Below are positions 25,442 to 34,459 of a DNA stretch of 64,000 nucleotides, one piece after another. Each line of letters starts with the position of its first letter. The stretch's first letter is position 1. Source of the DNA: an uncultured Candidatus Saccharibacteria bacterium (GTDB lineage Bacteria; Patescibacteriota; Minisyncoccia; Minisyncoccales; UBA10102); the NCBI GenBank assembly GCA_964479725.1, contig CAYZNF010000004.1, positions 12,002 through 76,001 of the forward strand, in the 5' to 3' direction. The notes below the pieces were generated by a model. It worked only from the letters and a program-made list of their open reading frames with translations, did no database searches and was not told the origin of the DNA. Both the position numbers and the translations under genes were made by a program.

Positions 25442-26449
25442 TTAAATAAGTTCTTTTCGTAAAGTGGGCATGCCAAGGTGCTGATAAGCAAGGCGGGTGG
25501 CCACTCGGCCCCTTGGGGTGCGCTCGATGAAACCTAAACGCAGGAGATAGGGTTCATATATATCGAGAATGGCATCTTGCTCTTCTGACGTGGCGGCCGC
25601 AAGAGCTTGGATGCCAACAGGCCCCCCTGAAAATTTAGTGATAATGGTTTCGAGTATTTTCCTGTCTCCCGGCTCTAATCCATGCTGGTCTATTTCAAAA
25701 AATTCCAAAGCCTGTTGCCCGATATCGGGAGTAATGAAGGAAGAATCTTTTGAAATCGCGAAATCGCGCACCCTTTTTAATATGCGGTTGGCGATACGGG
25801 GGGTAAACCGCGAGCGGGATGCAATAGTGCGTATGGTCTCTCCGTCAATTTCAATGTTAAGAATGTTTGCGGCCCTCTTAATGATTTTTTCCATATCGTC
25901 GGTTTCATAGAAGGAAAACTGGAAAATAGCCCCAAATCTGTTTCGCAGGGGAGTAGGCAGTAGGGCTAGTCGAGTTGTTGCTCCTACCAAGGTAAAGCGG
26001 GGAAGGGATAACTCCATGGTCCTTGCCATGGGGCCCTTGCCTATGAGTATATGAAGCTTGAAGTCTTCCATGGCAGAATATAAGGCTTCCATGGCGGACT
26101 TATGCACGCGGTGGCACTCGTCTATGAACAAAATGTCCCCCTCTTCAAGGTTGGTAAGCAGAGAGGCTAACTCTCCGCTTTTCTCGATGGTGGGCCCGGA
26201 GCATATTTTCATCCGCACTCCTACTTCGTTGGCAATGACATGGGCGAGCGTGGTTTTGCCAAGACCCGAATTGCCGTAAAACAGCAGATGTTCAAGAGGT
26301 TCGCTCCGCTTTTTGGCGGAGTCAATTATGATGCGGAGGTTGTTTTTTATCTTTTCCTGGCCGATATAATCCTGCCACGTCCCTGGCCGCAGGCTTGCAT
26401 CCCATTCTCGCTCTTCTTTTGAGGAAGTATGTGGTTTATTGACAACCAT
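25442..26449 (-). CDS. ruvB: Holliday junction branch-migration helicase RuvB
   Basis: LRPGTWQDYIGQEKIKNNL, Walker A GNSGLGKTTLAHVIA, Walker B ILFIDECHR. Confidence 0.9.
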   Translation of the reverse strand: MVVNKPHTSSKEEREWDASLRPGTWQDYIGQEKIKNNLRIIIDSAKKRSEPLEHLLFYGNSGLGKTTLAHVIANEVGVRMKICSGPTIEKSGELASLLTNLEEGDILFIDECHRVHKSAMEALYSAMEDFKLHILIGKGPMARTMELSLPRFTLVGATTRLALLPTPLRNRFGAIFQFSFYETDDMEKIIKRAANILNIEIDGETIRTIASRSRFTPRIANRILKRVRDFAISKDSSFITPDIGQQALEFFEIDQHGLEPGDRKILETIITKFSGGPVGIQALAAATSEEQDAILDIYEPYLLRLGFIERTPRGRVATRLAYQHLGMPTLRKELI

Positions 26450-26481
26450 TTCGTAATGTATTATAATGTGTTCGCTTGCAT

Positions 26482-26621
26482 AATCCTGCCAATGGGCTGG
26501 GGACAGTAGGGGTTTTTCTTAGTTTCGGATGGTCTGGGCTTTGCCGAGACCTCTCCTCGGAAAAAATCCTAAACTTTTGGTCCACGTACTATGGTTTTGT
26601 CCCCAGCCTATTGCCAGGATT
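26482..26621. repeat. 140-bp intergenic element bounded by 24-bp inverted repeats
   Basis: aatcctgccaatgggctggggaca (26482-26505) against the reverse complement of tgtccccagcctattgccaggatt (26598-26621), matching 22 of 24. Inside is the hairpin ccgag-acctctc-ctcgg followed by aaaaaa. Confidence 0.6.
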
Positions 26622-26639
26622 TTTGTTTTGGGAATGTTT

Positions 26640-27959
26640 TTATTCGGCAGTTTCCCGTTCTATTTCTTCTAGGGTTGTCATGTGCCGCAAAACCTTTAGC
26701 AATCCGTCCTGCCGCATGGGAATCATGCCTTCTTTTACCGCGAACGATTGGATGTCTGAAGTGGATGGAGATTTCAGGACAAAGGACTCCATTTTTTCTG
26801 TTACGGCAATTGCTTCAAAAATTCCAATCCTGCCCTTGTATCCCGTAAAATTGCATTGGCCGCATCCTTTGGCCTTCGGCAGTAGCAATGGGTGGGCAAT
26901 TTCCGGACGAAACTCTTTTTTGATGTCCTTTAACGCGTCTATTATTTCTTTCTCTGTTTTCTCGTCTGCCGCGGCAAGTTCCTTGCATTGCTGGCACAGC
27001 TTTCTTACTAAACGCTGGGCAATGATAAGGTTTGCGGCCGAGGCCATAACAGGAAGTTTTGCCCCCAGGCTCAAAAGTCTTGAAAATGCCCCCGCCGCGT
27101 CGTTGGTATGCAGGGTGGCAAGGACAAAATGCCCGGTGAGAGCGGCCTGGAGAGCAATCTCGGCTGTTTTTTCGTCCCTAATTTCTCCCACCAAAATGAC
27201 ATCGGGATCCTGGCGCACTATGGCTTGGAGGCCAGTGGCAAAGTCATAGCCCTTGGAGGGATTTACCTGGGTTTGCGAAATCCCTTCCAGGTGATACTCA
27301 ATAGGATCTTCAATGGTAATAATCTTGATTTCAGGTTGTCGAATGGCCCGTAAAAATGCGTATAAGGTAGTTGTTTTGCCAGATCCCGTTGGGCCGGTAA
27401 CGATAATCATGCCGTTCGGTTTTTTAATCTCGTTTTGAAAGACATCTAAAAGGTCTTCCCTCAGCCCCAACTCTTCAATCGCTACAAGGCTTTGGGGGTT
27501 AAGTACGCGCATGACAAGGGATTCTCCGTATTCTGATGGAAGGGTAGAGACGCGCACTTCTACTGCTGTTTTTTCCTGGAGGAGGAATGAAAATCTTCCG
27601 TCCTGGGGACGATCGGTAATGTTAAGTTTTATGCCAGAGGAAACAAGCTTAAGCCGAGAAAGTATTTGTTCGTACAGGGACGAAGAAAAAATTCCCGCGT
27701 CATGGAGGATTCCGTCAATACGCAGTCTTGTTTGGACGTTATCTTGCGTTGGTTCAAAGTGGATGTCGGATGCTTTAAGATATACTGCCGAAGCCAGGAT
27801 AAAATCGATAATTTCTGTAATGGGCTTGCCTTGCATGGTGCCAAGCTGCTCTTGAAAACCGGCAAGATTGGGAACGCGTGAGCTTACATGCGAAAGCATA
27901 GCCTCTGAAAGGGAAATTTCACCTATCAATTTTCTTTTTGTCGTTACGCCTTGTTCCAT
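26640..27959 (-). CDS. GspE/PilB-family type II/IV secretion (type IV pilus assembly) ATPase
   Basis: ASDIHFEP, Walker A VTGPTGSGKTTTLYA, PDVILVGEIRD, LATLHTNDA, and the Cys cluster CQQC...CGQC. Confidence 0.8.
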   Translation of the reverse strand: MEQGVTTKRKLIGEISLSEAMLSHVSSRVPNLAGFQEQLGTMQGKPITEIIDFILASAVYLKASDIHFEPTQDNVQTRLRIDGILHDAGIFSSSLYEQILSRLKLVSSGIKLNITDRPQDGRFSFLLQEKTAVEVRVSTLPSEYGESLVMRVLNPQSLVAIEELGLREDLLDVFQNEIKKPNGMIIVTGPTGSGKTTTLYAFLRAIRQPEIKIITIEDPIEYHLEGISQTQVNPSKGYDFATGLQAIVRQDPDVILVGEIRDEKTAEIALQAALTGHFVLATLHTNDAAGAFSRLLSLGAKLPVMASAANLIIAQRLVRKLCQQCKELAAADEKTEKEIIDALKDIKKEFRPEIAHPLLLPKAKGCGQCNFTGYKGRIGIFEAIAVTEKMESFVLKSPSTSDIQSFAVKEGMIPMRQDGLLKVLRHMTTLEEIERETAE

Positions 27960-28825
27960 AAGGGGGAAAGGGTCGCAGTAAGCTTTTGCTTTGCTTGGTC
28001 TAGCGTCATTTGCTCGAAAGAGAAAAGGACCCAGCTTTCTTTGCTCTCGCCTTTTAGGGTTCGCAATATCTGATCCCGAAGATCCGAAGACGTAGACCAG
28101 AGAACGCCCCTAGGCTGTAAAGAAGAATCCGGCATATATACCAAAAGATATGAATTGCCAGATCCGATACAGTTTTTAAACTGGGAGATTACGGGAACTA
28201 GAAGCTTTGGGGATGTTCCGGTTGCGGAAAAGTCCTGGGGGGTAACAATTCCCATGTGCAGGGATGTGCCGGGAATACGTTCGAGACCGGAAAAGATTCT
28301 TGAGGCAAGGGCAAGTGCGGGGACATCGGTGACCAGAAGATTTTTAAGGATAACATCCGAGGCTTCTGTAGCGCCAATGATGCGGTTGCCAGATCCCGCA
28401 TTGTCGGGAAGAGTCCTATCGCCTACAATAATAGTGAGATCCGCGGCATGCAATTTTTGCAGGGAGATGTTTTCCTTTTCAAGCGAGCCGTCGGAAAGCG
28501 TGAAATACAGCTTCAGATCGTTCCTGTCTTTTTCGTAATATACCTTGCTGATATGGGAAGCTATGTTGCGAAGTATAAGGGCAAATGTTTTGTCCCCCTG
28601 CTCTTTTTGGATGTGGGACGGGAGAAGGGTTTTTCCGGGGATTGTTTCTTCTACGCCAATGCTTTTGCCCAGTTGTTTCAATCCGCAAAAAACACTAAAC
28701 GCGCGGGTAAGATCTTCTTGCGTTGGGCGGTCGGGCAGTGAAAGCACAATGATTTGTGAGGAAGTAAGAAGTTCTTGTGTGTTCATGGTGGCCAGCGTAA
28801 CGGGTTCTCTGCTTTCTTTTTTCAC
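27944..28825 (-). CDS. Hypothetical protein (293 aa) upstream of and overlapping the PilB-like gene
   Basis: Long clean ORF with a 16-nt overlap onto the PilB-like start. I recognise no motif. Confidence 0.5.
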   Translation of the reverse strand: MKKESREPVTLATMNTQELLTSSQIIVLSLPDRPTQEDLTRAFSVFCGLKQLGKSIGVEETIPGKTLLPSHIQKEQGDKTFALILRNIASHISKVYYEKDRNDLKLYFTLSDGSLEKENISLQKLHAADLTIIVGDRTLPDNAGSGNRIIGATEASDVILKNLLVTDVPALALASRIFSGLERIPGTSLHMGIVTPQDFSATGTSPKLLVPVISQFKNCIGSGNSYLLVYMPDSSLQPRGVLWSTSSDLRDQILRTLKGESKESWVLFSFEQMTLDQAKQKLTATLSPLWNKA

Positions 28826-28851
28826 CTTATCTTAAAGGGTATTCAAAGTCA

Positions 28852-29331
28852 ATGAAAAAACAAGAAAAATTTTTGGAAAACGCAGTCTTTCCTCTTTCTT
28901 CGGCGTTGGGAATGCGCAAATTGGGAATGGAATTTGGAAAATATTTGCTGAATCTTCCCCTAAGAAGGGGCGCTTTAGCGGTTGGTTTGCGGGGAAATCT
29001 TGGGAGCGGCAAGACCACATTTGTCCAGGGGGTCGCGAAGGTGCTTGGAGTGCAGGAAAAAGTATTGAGTCCGACTTTTGTGATATGGAAGTCGTATTCC
29101 GTGGGAACGGGGAGCGAGGCTCGGATGTTTTCCCACATCGATTGCTATCGCACCGCGGCTAAAGAGGATCTTTTGGCGCTCGGATGGAGGGAGACAATAA
29201 AAAATCCGCGGCATATTATAGTAATTGAGTGGGCGGAAAAAATTCCCCAGCTTTTGCCCGAAGACGCTATTGTCCTTTCTTTTTCATCTACCGGGGAAAA
29301 ATCCCGCGAAATTAAAATCATCAGCTTATGA
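28852..29331 (+). CDS. tsaE: tRNA t6A biosynthesis ATPase TsaE
   Basis: LRGNLGSGKTTFVQGVAKVLGV...SPTF...HIDCYR. Confidence 0.8.
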   Translation: MKKQEKFLENAVFPLSSALGMRKLGMEFGKYLLNLPLRRGALAVGLRGNLGSGKTTFVQGVAKVLGVQEKVLSPTFVIWKSYSVGTGSEARMFSHIDCYRTAAKEDLLALGWRETIKNPRHIIVIEWAEKIPQLLPEDAIVLSFSSTGEKSREIKIISL

Positions 29332-31532
29332 ACCCAAAACGGCTTCTTCTCATTGACGCAAACTCGCTTATACATCGGGCTTTTCACGCGATCCCTCCCC
29401 TGCATACTTCAAGGGGCGAGGCGGTGAACGCGGTGTATGGTTTTTTGCAAATTCTTTTGCGGGTCCTGCAAGAGTTTCATCCCGATTACGCGGCGGCCGC
29501 TTTTGATGTAGAGGGGCCAACGTTTCGTCATAAAAAATTTGACCGCTACAAGGGTAAACGCCAAAAAGCTCCCGATGAATTATATGCCCAGTTTGCGCCA
29601 ATCAAAACGCTCTTGAAAATACTAGGCATACCAACCTATGAACTGCAAGGATATGAAGCAGACGATATTATTGCGACTCTTGCTGTGTCTGCCCGGGACA
29701 AAAAGGATGCAAATGAAGTTATTATTGTAAGCGGCGACATGGATGTTTTGCAGCTCGTGGATGATCGGGTAAAAGTGTACACCATGAAAAAAGGCATTGG
29801 CGAAACAGTGCTTTATAACAGGCCAAGTGTTGAAAAGCGTTTTGGAGGATTGCGACCGGATCAATTGGCCGACTACAAAGGGTTGCGGGGCGATGTTTCA
29901 GATAATATCCCTGGAGTTCGGGGGATTGGGGAAAAGACAGCTATACAACTGCTTTTGAAGTTTGGGTCCGTAGAAAGTCTTTACGAGGCGCTGGAAAAAG
30001 GGAAAGACGAGGCAAAAGAAATTACTCCCCGTCTCCAGAAGCTTTTGGCGGACGAAAAGGAGAAGGCTTTCATGAGTAAGATGCTGGGTATGCTGGATAG
30101 GGCCGTGCCAATCGAAAACTCTCTCCAAAATTTTTCCGAAGAAAACCTAAAAAGGGAAGATTTCAGGAAAATGCTCTCTGATTTGGAGTTCCAAGGTCTC
30201 ATTAAGAGACTGTTTCCTGGAAACAACCAAGAGTCCCTATTCGGCGAAAAAAATCCAGAGCCCAATATATTCGAGAAGATCGAACAGCTAAAGAAAATAG
30301 GGGTGCTTTCGCAGGACCTATGCGAAATGGAAAGGCATTTGGCCCCTGTTATTGACCAGATGGAGAAGGCGGGCATTCAAATCAATAAAGAGTATTTTTT
30401 TCGGCTGTCTTCTGAAATCTCAAAAGAGCTGGAGGAATTGCGAAAACATATTTTTAAAGAAGCGGGCAGGGAATTTAACGTAAATTCGCCCCAGCAGCTT
30501 TCGGGAATTTTGTTTGAGGATTTGCGCATTTCTATCAAGGGTCTCAAGAAAACACCGGGAAGGGTGGTTTCAACCGCCGCTTCCGAGCTGGAAAAGCTGC
30601 GCGGAGAGCATCCTATCGTGGATTTTTTGCTGAAATACCGCGAATTGCAGAAACTTTTTACGACATATATCAATACTCTTCCCGAGCTTACCGACAGCCA
30701 GGGCCGCATCCATACCCACTTTGATCAGCTTGGCACGGCTACCGGTCGTATTTCCTCTTCCAATCCAAATCTCCAGAATATTCCGTTAAAGGGAGATTGG
30801 GGAACTAGAATTAGGAAAGGTTTTGTGGCGGCTGAAGGTTTCCAATTTGCCGGGTTTGATTATTCTCAAATGGAACTGCGAGTGGCGGCCCATGTTGCAG
30901 ATGACAAGAAAATGCAGGAATTTTTCTTGGAAAACAAGGATATTCATCGCATGACCGCGGCGGAAGTTTTTGGCATTCCTCCGGAGAAAGTTACAGATGA
31001 AATGCGATACCGGGCCAAGGCGCTGAACTTTGGGGTATTGTACGGCATGGGAGCATCCGGATTTGCCAGGAGTGCGGGCATTCCCATGGAAGAAGCCCAA
31101 GAGTTTATCGACAATTACTTTACGCGTTTCCCCCAGATTATGGCTTATATCGAAAAAACCAAACAATTTGGGCGTGAGCATGGCTATACGGAAACGATGT
31201 TTGGCAGGAAGCGGTATATTCCGGAAATAAATTCTACGAATTTCCAGATCAGATCCGCGGCAGAGCGGGAAGCGGTAAACCATCCCATACAGGGGGGAGC
31301 GGCTGATTTAATGAAAATGGCAATGGTGCGTGTGGCGGAGCAGGTTCTTCCTTCGTATCCGAACGCCCGCATGCTCATACAGATTCACGACGAATTGTTG
31401 TTTGAAATTAAAGAGGATATACTAAATAAAATAATCCCCGAAATTAAAACCGCGATGGAGGGTGTGTGTGCGATGAAGATTCCTTTGGTTGTGGGAGTGG
31501 AACACGGAAAGGATTGGGGAAGCATGCGATAA
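29328..31532 (+). CDS. polA: DNA polymerase I (5' nuclease + polymerase domains; 3'-5' exonuclease region very short)
   Basis: N-terminal LLLIDANSLIHRAFHA and GDVSDNIPGVRGIGEKTA (5' nuclease/HhH). Polymerase motifs RIHTHFDQLGTATGRISSSNPNLQNIP, DYSQMELRV and QIHDELLFE. Only 734 aa in total. Confidence 0.85.
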   Translation: MNPKRLLLIDANSLIHRAFHAIPPLHTSRGEAVNAVYGFLQILLRVLQEFHPDYAAAAFDVEGPTFRHKKFDRYKGKRQKAPDELYAQFAPIKTLLKILGIPTYELQGYEADDIIATLAVSARDKKDANEVIIVSGDMDVLQLVDDRVKVYTMKKGIGETVLYNRPSVEKRFGGLRPDQLADYKGLRGDVSDNIPGVRGIGEKTAIQLLLKFGSVESLYEALEKGKDEAKEITPRLQKLLADEKEKAFMSKMLGMLDRAVPIENSLQNFSEENLKREDFRKMLSDLEFQGLIKRLFPGNNQESLFGEKNPEPNIFEKIEQLKKIGVLSQDLCEMERHLAPVIDQMEKAGIQINKEYFFRLSSEISKELEELRKHIFKEAGREFNVNSPQQLSGILFEDLRISIKGLKKTPGRVVSTAASELEKLRGEHPIVDFLLKYRELQKLFTTYINTLPELTDSQGRIHTHFDQLGTATGRISSSNPNLQNIPLKGDWGTRIRKGFVAAEGFQFAGFDYSQMELRVAAHVADDKKMQEFFLENKDIHRMTAAEVFGIPPEKVTDEMRYRAKALNFGVLYGMGASGFARSAGIPMEEAQEFIDNYFTRFPQIMAYIEKTKQFGREHGYTETMFGRKRYIPEINSTNFQIRSAAEREAVNHPIQGGAADLMKMAMVRVAEQVLPSYPNARMLIQIHDELLFEIKEDILNKIIPEIKTAMEGVCAMKIPLVVGVEHGKDWGSMR

Positions 31533-31556
31533 TTTCTTTTTGGATTTTGGGTTTCT

Positions 31557-32516
31557 ATGCGAATTTCCCTTCGTTTTCTTACTCTTGGAGTTATCATGAT
31601 CGTGCTGGTGGCAGGAGGATTGCTGCTGGTTTCATTGGCCAGCGTTGTTTTTTACAACCAAAGCATCGGTCAGATGACGGACGACCATAAAAATATTATT
31701 CGCAATGTAGGGCATCTTTTGTACGGTTCATACCAAAGCGGGATGACTGCGGAAGAATTTTCCCAATTGCGCCAGCGCATCATTGAAAACGCCGGAGAGA
31801 GGAAAACTATCATTTTTTTCAGGGTAATTAACGCGGATGATAAAAAGATTGCAGCGAGCAAAAATCGGGAAGAAATCGGGACTGTTCTTGAATTTATTCC
31901 AGCCCCTCCCCTAAAAGAGCCGGCAATACGCAGTATGCGCTGGGATGGGGAGGGTATCCTAGAGCTTTCTTTTCAAAGCAACCCAAAAGAAGTCCTTACT
32001 TTGGGCGTGAGTTTAAAGCAGACTCGTGATTCGGTGTTTCGTCTTGCTGTGGGGGAGGCTCTGGTTGTGTTTCTGGTGACAGTCACCGTGGGCTTGCTTT
32101 TATACTCGCTTTTTCGTCGGCTTTTTCTCTCGCCGTTGAATGCTCTCCAGCGAGGCATGCAGAGAGCTCGCCAAGGGAATCTTGATATCGTTCTGCCCAC
32201 GGCTATTGCGGCAGAAATAGGAGACCTCGCCCAATCTTTTAATGGAATGCTGTTGGATTTGCGCCATACCCAGGCTAATCTCCAGGAAACAAATACGGTT
32301 TTGGAAATTAAGGTAAACGCAAGGACGAGAGAGTTGCGAGAATTGGCAAACCGGCTGGAGGCTAAGGCCCAGGAAAGGACAGAAGAACTGCAGAGCCGGG
32401 TAAAGGAGTTGGAAAAGTTCAGGAGGTTTATTGTGGGGAGGGAATTAAAGATGATGGAGCTAAAAAAAGAGTTAAAGCGTTTGCAACAGTCGCAAGAAAA
32501 TAATGGTAGTAACTAA
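31557..32516 (+). CDS. Membrane sensor module: 2 TM + HAMP + coiled coil, with no output domain (319 aa)
   Basis: TM1 LTLGVIMIVLVAGGLLLVSLASVVF, TM2 LVVFLVTVTVGLLLYSLF, HAMP-like LSPLNALQRGMQRARQGNLDIVLPTAIAAEIGDLAQSFNGMLLDL. It ends in ELEKFRRFIVGRELKMMELKKELKRLQ. Confidence 0.65.
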   Translation: MRISLRFLTLGVIMIVLVAGGLLLVSLASVVFYNQSIGQMTDDHKNIIRNVGHLLYGSYQSGMTAEEFSQLRQRIIENAGERKTIIFFRVINADDKKIAASKNREEIGTVLEFIPAPPLKEPAIRSMRWDGEGILELSFQSNPKEVLTLGVSLKQTRDSVFRLAVGEALVVFLVTVTVGLLLYSLFRRLFLSPLNALQRGMQRARQGNLDIVLPTAIAAEIGDLAQSFNGMLLDLRHTQANLQETNTVLEIKVNARTRELRELANRLEAKAQERTEELQSRVKELEKFRRFIVGRELKMMELKKELKRLQQSQENNGSN

Positions 32517-33849
32517 TCATATGGCATCATTTATTAGTTTTGGCGTTGGTACATCAATAAAAGAAAATATCGTTGAAGCCGCCGAGGAAGCGGCGCAATT
32601 GGCGCGCTCGAAGATAGAAAAAGATCCCCAGCTGCTCATTGTTTTTTGCACCTTCAATTATGACTCGAAACAATATTCAGAAGCCTTAAAAAAAATTAGG
32701 AGTTTTTTCCCCGCCGGAACGCCGCTGGTGGGAGGAACAGCTTTAAGTTTTTTCGGAGACGGCAAAGTATTTGACGCTTTCAGCACCGGAGGCAAGGAAA
32801 GGGGCGTAGGAGTGTTCGCGGTAGCGTCGGATTACTTAAAAATTGGGGTGGGGCTTGGCGATGGGGTAGATAAGGATCCAGAGGCGGCGGGAAGGATTGC
32901 GATTACAAGTGCGCTGGAAAATCTAGACTACAATCCCTCGGTGGCTTATATGGCAATGGTTCAGCGAGGCGCCAAAGATATGATTAATTTTCGTCCTATG
33001 AACGGGCTTATTATTACTCCCGGGGGAACGCCAAAGCACCTCTTTATCGGGAACTCTATTCTTCGGGGAATTACTTCTGTAACGAAAAAGGCGGTACGCC
33101 TTACAGGAGGAGGAACAGGATGCCTTATCACGCAAGACGGGCAATTTACCCCCACCTATCAATTTTTTGGGGACGAAGTGTATAACGAGGCGGTTATTAC
33201 CGTAGTGTTCGGATCTGACCTGGAAATTGGCTACGGTACAGCCTCGGGGTTTCAGCCACTGGGTCCGGGTGTTTTTGTCAATAAGGCCGAGGGGTGGACC
33301 ATAAAGGAAATTGAGGGCAAGCCGGCTGTTGAAGCTATGGCTGTAATGTTTGAAAAAGAAATAGGAATAAAAAAGGAGGATTTTGTAAAAGGACCGCTGT
33401 ATGCAATTGGCGCCAAAGGATATGGATTCGGAATTTCAGAGGTTGCTTCCAAGTCCTACTGGCCCATTGTCCCCCTAGCAGTTACGAAGGAGGGGTATGT
33501 GGTGGTTACGACAGAGGTAAAAAACGGAATGGGAATCGCGCTTGTTGAAAATAAAAAGGAAAATTGCAAGAACGCCGCCGTAGAAGCCGCCCAAATCATG
33601 GCTGATGATGTTAAAACAGCCGACTTTGGCCTTGTGATCATGTTCTCATGCGCTATGCGCGGATTTATTCTTAGAGAAGAATATGCCCAAGAAATGGATA
33701 TGATAAAGCAGGTAACAGGCAAAGAAACCGCGGTGTTCGGATTAGGATCCGCGGAAGAAATCGGATTTTATCGGACAGGAGACATGATGGGTTCAAACTA
33801 CATAATTACCATGATGGGAGTTTCCAATAAACTTATTTCTGAAGTATGA
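32503..33849 (+). CDS. FIST (FIST_N/FIST_C) sensory domain protein
   Basis: ~445 aa: FGVGTSIKENIVEAAEEAAQLARSKI...LLIVFCTFNYD...PLVGGTA (FIST N-domain pattern), with C-terminal FSCAMRGFIL. An alternative start at 32521 (MASFISF) avoids overlap with the upstream stop. Confidence 0.6.
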   Translation: MVVTNHMASFISFGVGTSIKENIVEAAEEAAQLARSKIEKDPQLLIVFCTFNYDSKQYSEALKKIRSFFPAGTPLVGGTALSFFGDGKVFDAFSTGGKERGVGVFAVASDYLKIGVGLGDGVDKDPEAAGRIAITSALENLDYNPSVAYMAMVQRGAKDMINFRPMNGLIITPGGTPKHLFIGNSILRGITSVTKKAVRLTGGGTGCLITQDGQFTPTYQFFGDEVYNEAVITVVFGSDLEIGYGTASGFQPLGPGVFVNKAEGWTIKEIEGKPAVEAMAVMFEKEIGIKKEDFVKGPLYAIGAKGYGFGISEVASKSYWPIVPLAVTKEGYVVVTTEVKNGMGIALVENKKENCKNAAVEAAQIMADDVKTADFGLVIMFSCAMRGFILREEYAQEMDMIKQVTGKETAVFGLGSAEEIGFYRTGDMMGSNYIITMMGVSNKLISEV

Positions 33850-34439
33850 GATCGAAAAAGCTCCCAAAGATTGCAGGGGGAGGAGAAAACGAGAATGCAT
33901 GGAAACAGGATATAGCAGAGTGTCTTCCCTATGCCGTGCTTGTGTTTAACGGCAAAGGAAGAATTGCGTATGCGAACCCGGCGTTTTTCCAGATTTTAGG
34001 GCAAAATCAACAGAAAATTATCGGGAAAGAAGTGCGTATTATTTTTTCCAATCGAGATCAGGATAGAGGGATGGGGGTGCTGCAAAACGCATTGCGCAAT
34101 CAAAAAAAAGTGCAGGATTTCCAGGTGATTCTGACTACGGGAACAGGCAAAGATATTCCTATGGCGCTTTCTATCATACCTCTTATGGAACGAGAATTGG
34201 GCATTGTAACCCTTTCCGATGTCCGTCAGCTGCAGGGTTTGCTCCAGGGGTTGCAGCGTGCCCAGATGACACTGCAAGAGCAAGTTGAAAGACGAACAAA
34301 AGAGTTGCGAGAAAAAGTTGAAGAATTGGAACAATTCCACCGGCTTACGGTGGGAAGAGAAATGAAGATGGTCGAATTGAAAAAAGAATTGGAACAGCTG
34401 AAAGAACATCGGGGAATTGCCGAGGGAAATAAACCCTAG
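33846..34439 (+). CDS. PAS domain + coiled coil protein without an output domain (197 aa)
   Basis: PAS-like PYAVLVFNGKGRIAYANPAFFQILGQNQQKIIGKEV. It ends in ELEQFHRLTVGREMKMVELKKELEQLK. Its start overlaps the FIST stop (ATGA). Confidence 0.6.
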   Translation: MRSKKLPKIAGGGENENAWKQDIAECLPYAVLVFNGKGRIAYANPAFFQILGQNQQKIIGKEVRIIFSNRDQDRGMGVLQNALRNQKKVQDFQVILTTGTGKDIPMALSIIPLMERELGIVTLSDVRQLQGLLQGLQRAQMTLQEQVERRTKELREKVEELEQFHRLTVGREMKMVELKKELEQLKEHRGIAEGNKP

Positions 34440-34459
34440 CTTTTAGAAAATATCTTTCC

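Noticed and set aside
26476-27249. 257-aa ORF on the + strand
   Set aside because: It lies antisense to the well-supported GspE/PilB-like ATPase gene. The sequence is Ser/Phe/Trp-rich with no motifs, and it looks like a shadow ORF.
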